A stretch of 64,000 nucleotides of DNA from a virus (taxonomy: Duplodnaviria > Heunggongvirae > Uroviricota > Caudoviricetes), in IMG/VR virus record IMGVR_UViG_3300019376_000001, one strand, 5' to 3'. The notes beneath the pieces are model-generated. The model saw only the letters and a program-made list of their open reading frames with translations, ran no database searches and was not told where the DNA came from. Below are positions 24,667 to 33,704 of the stretch, piece after piece. The position numbers and the translations under genes were made by a program. How positions within the stretch are numbered: position 1 is the stretch's first letter; each line of letters starts with the position of its first letter.

Positions 24667-25590
24667 TGTTAAAATTTTGTACATCTTATTGAGTTGTTAA
24701 AATTTTGTACATCTCTATAATTGTTAAAAAAATGTGTTAAATTTTTAGACACCTTGATATTTTGTTAAAATTTTGTACATCTATATAAATGGGTAGATTC
24801 TGTTAACCCATTAACAACTTTGTTCATATATTATGTATGGCAAAGGAGGAATAGTTGCATGCTTGAAATGAAAAGGGACTCTCGTCAGGTCCCGAAGGTA
24901 AAACAGATTTGTGCTGATAAGAGATATTATGACATTCTCTATGCTCACCTTCAGTGCATTTCTTCTTATGACGAAAAGACTGGTGAGAGAACTGTTGGGA
25001 AGAAAGAGATTAACTTCTCAAAGTTATCTGCCATGTTTAATATGAGCCGTCAGACAGTTTCTAAGAAGTTTAACAATCTCGTAGATTTAGGGCTCGTCAC
25101 GAAGAAAGACGAGAATTCGTTTTTAATTCTACCTTTGGCGAATGATATCGCTTCACTCGTGCCATATAAGACTTTGAAACTGATTACTGATACATTAAGT
25201 GAGCACAGTATTAATACATATGTGTATCTATTTAATAGATACTATGCAACTGGTTGTAAAGCATTCCAGTTCACATTGGCTCAAGTGAAAGAGAATATTG
25301 GAATTTGTTCTACAACAAGAAGTAACGATGATACTATTACGAATATTCTTTATGTATTGGAGAAATTGGGACTGATTAAATACCATATGACTACAAAGGA
25401 ACAGGACGATACTTCATTTAAGAATATCAAGACAATCTATGAATTAGAATGGCTTACGAATGAGATTTGTTAAAAATTTAGACACCTATATAAAAGTGTT
25501 AAAATTTTGTACATCTAAGCAATGTGTTAAAAATTTTCGGCAATAGTTGTTAAAAATTTTCGGCAAAATCGGCATTTTTGTTAAAAAAAT
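24667..25590. repeat. Iteron-like direct repeats flanking an HTH gene; candidate origin or operator array
   Basis: TGTTAAAATTTTGTACATCT exactly at 24667-24686, 24695-24714, 24763-24782 and 25497-25516, plus variants TGTTAAA..TTTAGACACCT (2x) and TGTTAAAAATTTTCGGCAA (2x). Confidence 0.85.
24859..25473 (+). CDS. Winged-HTH DNA-binding protein, putative replication initiator
   Basis: FSKLSAMFNMSRQTVSKKFNNLVDLGLV HTH and a second wHTH-like segment; AAGGAGG RBS; at a strand switch among iterons. Confidence 0.7.
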   Translation: MLEMKRDSRQVPKVKQICADKRYYDILYAHLQCISSYDEKTGERTVGKKEINFSKLSAMFNMSRQTVSKKFNNLVDLGLVTKKDENSFLILPLANDIASLVPYKTLKLITDTLSEHSINTYVYLFNRYYATGCKAFQFTLAQVKENIGICSTTRSNDDTITNILYVLEKLGLIKYHMTTKEQDDTSFKNIKTIYELEWLTNEIC

Positions 25591-25718
25591 AGTATCCTAT
25601 TAAATAATAATAGAGAGTGGCTCAATAGTGGGGAAGGATTAAAAATCCTTCGGACCTTCGGTCCTCAGGCTTTTATAATCCTTCCTTAGCGAGCTCGTTT
25701 CGCGTGGGAGGATCGGCG

Positions 25719-25934
25719 ATGCAAGTTAAGTTTAAATGGGGAACAAAGGAACAGATTTTAGACCTTATGAAAGTAAGACCAAGTATTACTGAAGCCGAGG
25801 TATACTTTGATAAGGAAGATGGTAGCCTTTATGTTGTATCTTTCAAAAGGAAAAATGAAAATCCTGTCGGATTTTCTACAAAAACTTCGTTTGAAGATTA
25901 TATATATCAACAGTTAAATGAAATTGAAAACTGA
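25719..25934 (+). CDS. Small hypothetical protein
   Basis: MQVKFKWG..., with a GGGAGG RBS. Confidence 0.6.
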   Translation: MQVKFKWGTKEQILDLMKVRPSITEAEVYFDKEDGSLYVVSFKRKNENPVGFSTKTSFEDYIYQQLNEIEN

Positions 25935-26059
25935 ATTGAAAAATCGGTTTGATTTTCAAATGAAAATATGATATAATATAAGTAAAGAAATAGAAAAATG
26001 AATTGAAAATTCATTCCCATTTCGAAAAATGAAATGAAAAAAACGAAAGGAAAAATGAG

Positions 26060-26482
26060 ATGGAACATATTGGTAAGTATAAAGGATATAATGTATATAA
26101 GACTCCAAAGAGTGAGATGAAGAAAGACCAGGAAAAAGGAGTGCTTTACGCAGTTGCTGAGACTGGTGAACTGATTCTTAATGGAGAAGTTGTTGGTAAG
26201 GTGGCGTTTGCGTCTGGCTCTGTTACTGAGTATGATGACCATCGTTGTTATGCTTATAAATATCCAGTTGAACGCGAAGCGGTCAAGACTTATAAATATG
26301 AAGATAATGTACCAGTAAGTAAGCCTGGTAGGGGTAAGCGCAGAGAAGTTGCAGTTGATGATGTGTTGAAGAGCACGGTTGTTGACCCTACAGATTTAGA
26401 TAAGATGATTAATGATTTCATCATTGCCGCACGTAATATGGAGATTACCGATTTAGTTGGTGAGTTTAAGGCCGAGGTTTAA
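26060..26482 (+). CDS. Hypothetical protein
   Basis: 140-aa ORF after the plus-strand TTGATT-N17-TATAAT promoter at 25949-25977. Confidence 0.75.
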   Translation: MEHIGKYKGYNVYKTPKSEMKKDQEKGVLYAVAETGELILNGEVVGKVAFASGSVTEYDDHRCYAYKYPVEREAVKTYKYEDNVPVSKPGRGKRREVAVDDVLKSTVVDPTDLDKMINDFIIAARNMEITDLVGEFKAEV

Positions 26483-26500
26483 CCCTCGGCTTTTTCTTTT
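26471..26500 (+). terminator. Intrinsic terminator
   Basis: GCCGAGG-TTTAAC-CCTCGGC-TTTTTCTTTT. Confidence 0.85.
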
Positions 26501-26639
26501 GCTCTTGGTTATGAATGGTGAAAATCCAGTAAAATCCAGTGGAAGTGGTGGCCGATCGGCCCGCGACATGCTGATCAAAATTCCATCGTCACCGTCTTCG
26601 TTACCCTGTGCGTTTAAATTCTTAAACGCACATATAATA

Positions 26640-26682
26640 TAAAAAGGCCCTCTCCATTTCTGGAGAGAGCCTCTTCTTTTTT
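26640..26682 (-). terminator. Intrinsic terminator (possibly bidirectional)
   Basis: AAAAAGGCCCTCTCCA/TGGAGAGAGCCTCTTCTTTTTT. Confidence 0.7.
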
Positions 26683-26749
26683 GCCTCTTGGGCTATGTTC
26701 TTGTTCAGTCTACGGAGCAAATTTTTAGTCCAGTGAGGACGACTTCACC

Positions 26750-27193
26750 TTAAGCCAAACCGTTGGCTTTTAGAAATGCTCCAAGCGCATCTACATTAGG
26801 CTCAATCTTGCCGCCTACAGGTGCCTTAGGAGCGTGATCTGCATGGTCCATGATACCTTTCAGCATCTTCTCAAACTCTTTGAGCTTGCGCACCTCGGCA
26901 TCAAGCTGCTCGAAAGCGGCGTCAATCATTTCAACAATCTCAGCTGCATCGATCTCCTGATCAGCGATTGCCTCGGCGACAGCAGAACCAGCGTGGAACT
27001 CGAGGATGTAATCTTTAATGAGCGCGCCAATTTCCTCAATGTACTCGGCCTTAGCCTTTGCAGTGCTTGCCTTTTCCTGCTCAGCGGCGAACTCGGCATT
27101 AGCTGCGTTGAGTGCGTCTACCAGCTCCTGGGCAATAACATCTGCGCTCTCACCAGCCTGCAGTCTGGCAAGAATATCTTTCTGATTTACCAT
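26750..27193 (-). CDS. Ala/Glu-rich helical hypothetical protein
   Basis: 147-aa ORF with promoter 27228-27256 and GAGGT RBS. Confidence 0.8.
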   Translation of the reverse strand: MVNQKDILARLQAGESADVIAQELVDALNAANAEFAAEQEKASTAKAKAEYIEEIGALIKDYILEFHAGSAVAEAIADQEIDAAEIVEMIDAAFEQLDAEVRKLKEFEKMLKGIMDHADHAPKAPVGGKIEPNVDALGAFLKANGLA

Positions 27194-27664
27194 AGGTAAT
27201 TACCTCTCTTTCATATCTTATGTATATATTATACCATATTTTTTTATAAAAATCAAATGCGGTCGGTGCGCGTCCCGATCGGCAATGACTCCTTTTTTTA
27301 TATTATATCAAATTTAATTCAAAATGTCAAATTTTTCTCGGGCTGAACACAAACTCGTGAGAAGATGTAAACGCGGCGATATGAGCCCGAAACCAGGCAT
27401 TTTGAATTAAGATTTTGCGGCCAGGATGGTCATATGGTGCGAACCGATCGGGAAAACAAGAACCGATCGGCGGCCGGGTTTTACGGGAAATTGAACGCAT
27501 ATGGAAGGGCCGCACTTTCCACCGAAAAAATCGCATATGGGGGTACCGATCGGAAATTCGGTACCTGGCCTCCGTCCAGGGCCCGCTCTACCTACTATTA
27601 TTATACCATACCCGGGCGCACTTGTCAAGTGTTTTTTGAAACAAAAATAAAAAATCCGAGGTTT

Positions 27665-27931
27665 TTACACCTCGGACGCAGGGGAATAAAAGGAATGGTT
27701 TTCACAGCAGTTACAGCAAGCCACCTTGTCGGTCGTATCTTGGTCGGCATTGTGGCAAGTAGAACAACCTCGGCACTCATCGTGACAGATGTAATCATCA
27801 TCGGGGTCCCAGAAGACAGCGAAGTCGTCGCACTCATTCATAGGGTCATCCAGTGTACACTGGCAGGGGATGGGACTGTCGCTGTAGTAAGGACAGTCCC
27901 AACCATTCATAGGGCAGTGGATGTGAGCCAT
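27665..27931 (-). CDS. Small Cys-rich protein
   Basis: 88 aa with about 12 Cys (CPMNGWDC, CRGCSTC, CCNCC). Confidence 0.7.
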   Translation of the reverse strand: MAHIHCPMNGWDCPYYSDSPIPCQCTLDDPMNECDDFAVFWDPDDDYICHDECRGCSTCHNADQDTTDKVACCNCCENHSFYSPASEV

Positions 27932-28179
27932 TACTGCTTACCCCCACAAATCGCCATGATGTTCGCCATCACTTCCATCATAGCCAGACCTGCTTCGATT
28001 TCCTGCTTTTCACCATAGGAAATGTGGTCGATAGTGACAGTACCCTCAACGAGGTCAACAGTCATGCCAGACGCATAGCGAATTTCACCAGTCGCATCAT
28101 TCACAAGGATAACTTCCTTGTCACCATGGTCAGCCATAACCTCAGACAGCATTGCAATCATCTCAGAAATCTTCATCAT
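27931..28179 (-). CDS. Hypothetical protein
   Basis: GAGGTAGATACTATG leader and own promoter. Confidence 0.78.
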   Translation of the reverse strand: MMKISEMIAMLSEVMADHGDKEVILVNDATGEIRYASGMTVDLVEGTVTIDHISYGEKQEIEAGLAMMEVMANIMAICGGKQ

Positions 28180-28237
28180 AGTATCTACCTCTTTCTTTGT
28201 TTTGTTGTATTTATTATAGCATACTTTGTGGGGTTTG

Positions 28238-28438
28238 TCAAGGGGTTTCAGAAATTATTTTCCAAAATGTTTGTTGCCATTCTTCCCACATCGGAATGAG
28301 CATTTCTTCATCTTGGGGGTTCAACTCACAATGGTAAACCAGTGCCCCATAGGCTTGTGCTTCAAACACGCTCGCAGAAACAGGGCGCTGTTCAGCAAGT
28401 TGTAATCGTGATAGTACAAACTTCGTAACTTGTTCCAT
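28238..28438 (-). CDS. Hypothetical protein
   Basis: MEQVTKFVLSRL..., with a GAGGG RBS and promoter near 28462-28490. Confidence 0.7.
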   Translation of the reverse strand: MEQVTKFVLSRLQLAEQRPVSASVFEAQAYGALVYHCELNPQDEEMLIPMWEEWQQTFWKIISETP

Positions 28439-28626
28439 TTTGTTTCCCTCACTTTCTATACATAGTATACACCATTTCGGGAGAAATGTCAACAGGTAAT
28501 TTTGCACAATTTTCGCTCCAAAACTTTGTGGAATCTGCTAATTGACGAAATTCCGGCCCGCCGCAGGCGAAAACGGCCGGTTTTTGTGCAAAATGACGAA
28601 AAAATCGCCCTTTTGGGGCGATTTTT

Positions 28627-28995
28627 CTACTTTTTCGGCTTTCTTTTCTGCACAAGGGTCAATTCATAGTCATTTTCACCAACTTTGAAGGCGATTTGGC
28701 GCTCTTTATTGGTGATTTCGACCATTTCGTAGCCTTTTTCGCTCAAAAATGCCGAAATTTCTGCAATTATCTGCGATTTTGTCGCATTTTCCTTGCGAAC
28801 TGGCGCTTTTCGTGGGGTTTTCACAGTTTTTTCGCCCACATTTGCGTACTTCTTGGCGGCTTTCTCTTCTTCTTTGGAAAGGTCGAAGGACATTCGCTCG
28901 CCCCTGTCGATTGCCTTATCGTCTGCGATGACTTGCAGAGCCTCTTCTTCGCTGATACCCAAATTTTTCATCAGCTTTGCAACCTGTTCTGTCAT
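28627..28995 (-). CDS. Hypothetical protein (paralog of 33236-33616)
   Basis: LGISEEEALQVIADDKAIDRG...EITNKERQIAF versus LGISREEAEQLVADDEAIDKG...EVTNAEREMLF. Confidence 0.85.
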   Translation of the reverse strand: MTEQVAKLMKNLGISEEEALQVIADDKAIDRGERMSFDLSKEEEKAAKKYANVGEKTVKTPRKAPVRKENATKSQIIAEISAFLSEKGYEMVEITNKERQIAFKVGENDYELTLVQKRKPKK

Positions 28996-29118
28996 AGTTA
29001 TCAACTCCTTTACTGTACCCTTATTATAGCACAGTTAAGGCTATCTGTCAAGGGGTTTTGCAAAATTTTTTTCTACCGCCCTTTTAGGGGAGGGGGCATT
29101 TCTGCCCCCTTGGGGGAG

Positions 29119-29478
29119 TTAGGCTACTTTGGAGAAGTAAGCCTTTCTCTTTTCCTCTGTTCTCTCAACAGAGCCATCAGTTACCAACTGTCTGACAAGG
29201 GCAGACACTCTCTGATTGGACAACTCTGCACACGCAGGCACAGACTTCATCAAATCTGTGATAGTGTACTTCTTGCCGACTTCCATACCTTCAAGGATTT
29301 CAGCCTTGATGCCTTCGTTGGCAACCTGTACAGCAGTAGGTTTCTTTTCAGCAGAGTTTTTCTTTGCGAGCAATTCCAACTCGTGGTCGATGAACGCAAT
29401 CTCGTCTGCGTTCAAGGCATAGTTTGCCTTAATCTGTTCAAACATTTCTCTCTTAGTCATCTTCTTAGTATTAGCCAT
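29119..29478 (-). CDS. Winged-HTH DNA-binding protein, MANTKKMTK family copy 1
   Basis: YTITDLMK...LSNQRVSALVRQLVTDG..V.RTEEKRKAYF pattern. Confidence 0.82.
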   Translation of the reverse strand: MANTKKMTKREMFEQIKANYALNADEIAFIDHELELLAKKNSAEKKPTAVQVANEGIKAEILEGMEVGKKYTITDLMKSVPACAELSNQRVSALVRQLVTDGSVERTEEKRKAYFSKVA

Positions 29479-29979
29479 AGTATCAATTCCTTTCTGGTTT
29501 GTTGGGTTTTCCTTCCCTTTGATGATTTAATTATATCATAGGTTGAGCGATTTGTCAAGAGGTTTTTTGAAGTTTTTTTATTTTTTTTCTCAACTCTCTG
29601 TTGACTTCTCTCTCCCTTTGATTTATTCATTATAGCACATCTTGGGGGATTTGTCAAGAGGTTTTTTGAAATTTCTTAAAAACTTTTTTTGACCTCTATC
29701 AATTCGGCTCTCCCTTACTGACAATAATAGTATACCACAGACCAAGAGAAAATACAAGTGTCAAAATGCACAAATTTTAGGAAAATTATTTTTTATTTTT
29801 TGTGCAACTTTTCTCTTGACAAAATTTGCGGCCGGTGGTATAATGGAAAATTCCGGTCACGCTGGCCGTGACCGGGCCGGCGCTTTGTGCAAAATGCACA
29901 AAACCCCCAGGGGAGCGAATCACCCCAGGGGTCAAGTGAAAATTGAGAGAGGGGAGGGAGGGGCTTGCGCCCCTTGCCC

Positions 29980-30339
29980 TTAGTCCACCTTGGAGAAGTA
30001 AGCCTTGCGCTTCTCCTCAGTGCGCTCCACAGAACCCTCAGTAACCAGCTGGCGCACCAGTGCGCTCACTCGCTGATTGGAGAGGTCAGCGCACGCATCG
30101 ACACTCTTCATGAGGTCAGTAATGGTGTACTTCTTGCCACTCTCCATGGCTTCGAGGATGTCAGCCTTGATACCCTCATTTGCGACCTGAACCGCAGTCG
30201 GCTTCTTCTCTGCGGAGTTCTTCTTTGCCAGAAGCTCCAGCTCATGCTCAACGAAAGCCTTTTCGTCAGCAGTGAGGTTGTAGTTTGCCATAATCTGGCG
30301 GAAGTAGTCAGCCTTAGTCATCTTCTTAACATTTGCCAT
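29980..30339 (-). CDS. Winged-HTH DNA-binding protein, MANTKKMTK family copy 2
   Basis: Shares ELELLAKKNSAEKKPTAVQVANEGIK and SNQRVSALVRQLVT exactly with copies 1 and 3. Confidence 0.82.
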   Translation of the reverse strand: MANVKKMTKADYFRQIMANYNLTADEKAFVEHELELLAKKNSAEKKPTAVQVANEGIKADILEAMESGKKYTITDLMKSVDACADLSNQRVSALVRQLVTEGSVERTEEKRKAYFSKVD

Positions 30340-30469
30340 AGTATCGTCTCCATTTCTCGCTATTGGTTGCGACCCTTTTTGAAGTTTCGTTCCTCTCTTG
30401 GAACATCTTAATTATACCACATGGGGTTTGATTTGTCAAGAGGTTTTCGAAAAAAATTCGCGACTTTTT

Positions 30470-30661
30470 TTCTTATCTTCGCTACTCGCCCACTTCTCAG
30501 CCTTGTTGCTGGCCCAGCCCTAAGTCTACCCTCACCACGCAATCGCTTTGCCACGCTCTGTGGGGGCTACTGGGATTCGTGTATCCTTTGGGTTTCAGTT
30601 CGCTTCGTGTCTGTTTCCACTGTCCTTGGTGGCTTTCGCTGTCAAGGTTCCCCTCTTGACT
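30470..30661 (-). ncRNA. Candidate promoter-driven ncRNA
   Basis: Perfect promoter 30668-30696 and no convincing ORF; hairpins CCTTG..GC-GAAA-GC..CAAGG, GGAT-N6-ATCC and CCAC-N5-GTGG. Confidence 0.45.
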
Positions 30662-30744
30662 GTAATCATTATACCACACTTTGCGGTATTTGTCAAGACC
30701 TTTTTTCAAGATTCTTGACTTTTTTGTGTGAGGTATTGTATCGC

Positions 30745-30902
30745 GCATAATCCCCTATTACTTCAACCTCTGGGGCACTGGTTCACACTTGTATACCGCA
30801 AACGCGAACACCTTGCGGTCAGAAGCAAGAGCCTTGGCTCAAGGGGGAAGTCTTACATCGCTCTCGTGGGCTTCCCTCTTCGGGTCGCTTCCCTTAACTT
30901 CT
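30745..30902 (-). ncRNA. Candidate promoter-driven ncRNA
   Basis: Perfect promoter 30909-30937. 5' CAGAAG pairs with CTTCTG and GGGAAG with CTTCCC; hairpins CCC-GAAGA-GGG, GAGCC-AA-GGCTC and ACC-GCAA-GGT; the only ATG near the 5' end is followed by TAA. Confidence 0.5.
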
Positions 30903-31184
30903 GTATTTATTATAGCACACTCGGCGCTATTTGTCAAGAGGTTTTTTAACTTTTTTCAAAGTTTTTTTGAGCTCCTCTTGGGTGCTCCCCTCACCTGACA
31001 TAGATAGTATACCACATCCAGAAGCAGATTGCAATAGACAGAATGCACAAATTACAGGATTTTTATTTCTCGATCTTTGTGCACATTTTCTCTTGACAAA
31101 AATGCCGGGGTATGGTATAATGGTAAATTCCGCGCGCTACGTTCGTGCGCGCGGCGCTGAAATCTCAAACAAAAAAGCGAGGGA

Positions 31185-31343
31185 TTAACCCTCGCATTCC
31201 TCGTTGCGGTCTTCAATTCGTTCCTTGATTGCCTGGATGGTAGTACCAATCAACAGACCAAGCATCTGCACACACAGACAGCCAACAACACCAACGAGCA
31301 CCCAACCGATGTGGTCAGGAATTTGACAAATAAGTTCTAACAT
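31185..31343 (-). CDS. Small membrane protein (52 aa)
   Basis: MLELICQIPDHIGWVLVGVVGCLCVQMLGLLIGTTIQAIKERIEDRNEECEG, with a GAGGTTGATACTATG leader. Not in the ORF track. Confidence 0.7.
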   Translation of the reverse strand: MLELICQIPDHIGWVLVGVVGCLCVQMLGLLIGTTIQAIKERIEDRNEECEG

Positions 31344-31400
31344 AGTATCAACCTCTTTCCTTAATTTCTGTATTCATTATACCATGGGGGAGGGCTTTTG

Positions 31401-32138
31401 TCAAGCCCTTTCCCCACTATTTTTGAAAACTTTTTTCAAGTCCATTTCCTTGCGTGTTCTCTGGGGGATTCTCCAACACGCAGGGGAAATTTTAGTTTCA
31501 AGTTTTCTGTGCATTGCGTAACACTTTGCGAGAATTTCAACTTCAATTCTCACATCCTCAAGTCCTGTGTGGCTTTCCACAAAATCAACTTGCTTTTTCA
31601 GAAACTTGTAACAAGCCTCAGCACTTGTCTGAATGTTGTCGCTTTCGCTAATTAAACCATTCTGTAAAGCAAATTTTACATAGGAAACTTGATTGAGAAC
31701 CACTTGACAAGCCATGTTCCAAATGCAAATGTAATCAGTTCCCCAAGGGAAGAACCAACGCCAGCGAGATTGAGAACAATAGCGAATTGTATTATTCAAT
31801 GCTCTCTTGTCAAAACCCATGTTGTAAGCACCCACCTTGCGAATGGAATACTTTTTCATGTCCTCATGGATTTGCTTGCGAATGTTGAAAATGCTTTTCA
31901 AAGTGCGAGTGCCATTTTTAATGTCATCCCAATACTGGGGAATCTTTTCAGCAAAGTAGGCACTTTGCATCAAGTCTTTGTGGTCGAGGAACATTTCAGA
32001 AACCACAAAACTTCTTTCAAGGTAAATCTTGCCTTGTCTGTCACAGATTGCATAGCCAATGTCATAGCACAAAGGCTGTTCAATGGTGTTTGCTGTTTCA
32101 GTGTCGATGATTAAAAATAATTCTTTCTTGCGAGCCAT
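31401..32138 (-). CDS. DEDDh 3'-5' exonuclease family protein
   Basis: IDTET, AYNMGFD and HTGLED motifs. Confidence 0.9.
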   Translation of the reverse strand: MARKKELFLIIDTETANTIEQPLCYDIGYAICDRQGKIYLERSFVVSEMFLDHKDLMQSAYFAEKIPQYWDDIKNGTRTLKSIFNIRKQIHEDMKKYSIRKVGAYNMGFDKRALNNTIRYCSQSRWRWFFPWGTDYICIWNMACQVVLNQVSYVKFALQNGLISESDNIQTSAEACYKFLKKQVDFVESHTGLEDVRIEVEILAKCYAMHRKLETKISPACWRIPQRTRKEMDLKKVFKNSGERA

Positions 32139-32244
32139 GGGTATCAAATCCTTTCGTATCAACTGTAATTATTATAGCACTTTCATTTTGATTTGTCAAT
32201 AGGTTTTTGAAAAATATTTTGCGCCCGGGCGAAAAGCTGACCCA

Positions 32245-32718
32245 TTAAAGGGTCTTGCTTTCGCTCACAAAATACTTCACTTCATACTGTGCGAGAATGT
32301 CACGCACCTTTGCACTCTCTTTCTGTGTTGCACAGTAGAAATTGAAAAGGGTATATTTTCCAACATTTTCCACATAGTTGTGGGGAATGTCTTTCAAATC
32401 AAAATGTACTGCGTCAGTCCATTCGTGGGGAACAGTTGCTTCAACTTTCCAAAGTTTGTCCTTGCGTGCCTTTTCTTCGCACCACTTAACAACATACACA
32501 CCAACAAGGTTGCACAGAGCCACAATGCCAGCCTTTAAGTAAAGGTCAAGTTCACACATTAAGTAAACAGTGACAATTGTGTAAAGACCAAAAGCAACAG
32601 CATTTACGATTGCGGCGACCCCTTTACCGCACTTCACAGTGGCGATACTTTTCACTGTCTGAATGATAACATTCAGAATGTTAAGAATGATAAATGTAAT
32701 AAGTAACTGTGTATTCAT
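32245..32718 (-). CDS. Membrane protein (DUF2179/DUF5698-like)
   Basis: Three hydrophobic helices followed by a small soluble domain. Confidence 0.7.
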   Translation of the reverse strand: MNTQLLITFIILNILNVIIQTVKSIATVKCGKGVAAIVNAVAFGLYTIVTVYLMCELDLYLKAGIVALCNLVGVYVVKWCEEKARKDKLWKVEATVPHEWTDAVHFDLKDIPHNYVENVGKYTLFNFYCATQKESAKVRDILAQYEVKYFVSESKTL

Positions 32719-32761
32719 AGCGTTTACCTCTTTCGTTTCTTTCTGTAATTATTATAGCACA

Positions 32762-33007
32762 TCAATGCTCGTTTGTCAATACCTTTTTTTCACTTTTTAT
32801 CATATTTTTTGTAAAAGCATCGGAGAACTCATCCCCATACTCATCGCTGACAAGATAGGCGAGGTATTCCATTACAGTGCTCACCCCATACATGAAATGC
32901 TCATTGCCATTCTTTGCATCGTACCGACCGCAGAACAGACCGCATTCTGTCATTCCGTCAACTACCTTTTCGATTACTTTCTTTTCCTCTTGGTTCAGTT
33001 CTAACAT
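32762..33007 (-). CDS. Hypothetical protein
   Basis: MLELNQEEKKVIEKVVDGMTECGLFCGRYDAKNG..., with an AGGAGG RBS. Confidence 0.75.
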   Translation of the reverse strand: MLELNQEEKKVIEKVVDGMTECGLFCGRYDAKNGNEHFMYGVSTVMEYLAYLVSDEYGDEFSDAFTKNMIKSEKKVLTNEH

Positions 33008-33235
33008 CGTTCTATCCCTCCTGACATTATTAGTATACCACGTTTCGGGAGATTTTGCAATAGGCAATTTGCACAAATTTTCGCCCGCATTTTTGTTGAA
33101 ATTAACTATTGACAGGAATACCGGCCCGCGCACTTGTGCACGGGCGGCCATTATACCACAGCCGGCCCGATTTGTCAAGTGGTAAAAATGCACAAAAATT
33201 AGGGCGAAAGTTTGTGACTTTCGCCCATTGACAAG

Positions 33236-33616
33236 TTAGGAACGAGGGGCAGACAGTACCACCTTAAACTTTCGCCCATTGCAGTGGAAAAGCATTTCCC
33301 TCTCGGCGTTCGTAACCTCAATTCCCTCAATGCTTTCCAATCCCTCAAGGGCTTGCTTGATTTCGTCAATCAGCATTGCCTTGTCGTTGTCGGCTTTGCG
33401 TTCTCTCTTGGTTGTGGTCTTGGTTGTGGTGGTGGTCTTTGTTCCAATGGCTCTTGCCTTTTTGCTTGCCTTTTCTTGCTCGGCACTCAACTCAAAGAGT
33501 TTTGCTCCCTTGTCGATTGCTTCATCATCAGCGACCAACTGTTCGGCTTCCTCTCGGCTGATACCTAACAGACCCATGTGCTTGGCAATCAGTTTTTCTC
33601 TCTCGGATGCTGTCAT
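33236..33616 (-). CDS. Hypothetical protein (paralog of 28627-28995)
   Basis: Same motifs as 28627; likewise lies directly downstream of a MANTKKMTK gene. Confidence 0.85.
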   Translation of the reverse strand: MTASEREKLIAKHMGLLGISREEAEQLVADDEAIDKGAKLFELSAEQEKASKKARAIGTKTTTTTKTTTKRERKADNDKAMLIDEIKQALEGLESIEGIEVTNAEREMLFHCNGRKFKVVLSAPRS

Positions 33617-33704
33617 AGGCAATCCCCCTTTCTGTAATTACATTATACCACACATCAAAGGGGTTGTCAAGGGGAAATTTGCATTTCCCCTTGACTTTTT
33701 TCCC

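Larger units (their letters stand above)
298..27256 (-). repeat. Dispersed promoter family TTGATT-N17-TATAAT with conserved downstream ATATATGTAAGATAAAG leader (17 leftward copies)
   Basis: -10/-35 pairs with exact 17-nt spacing at 298-326, 530-558, 627-655, 1592-1620, 1780-1808, 2796-2824, 8870-8898 (TTGACT), 12023-12051, 12848-12876 (TTGACT/TACAAT), 15206-15234, 16881-16909, 16999-17027, 19395-19423, 20594-20622, 22774-22802, 24625-24653, 27228-27256. Most have an extended TGn -10. Confidence 0.88.
26552..27553. repeat. Cluster of five palindromic CCGATCGG octamers
   Basis: At 26552, 27275, 27444, 27463 and 27546; four lie in the ORF-free GC-rich stretch 27260-27600. Confidence 0.8.

Noticed and set aside
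29457-29657. Short ORFs at 29457-29657, 30497-30748, 30789-30998 and 34069-34281
   Set aside because: They are translations of promoter arrays or structured non-coding segments and lack RBS-linked starts.
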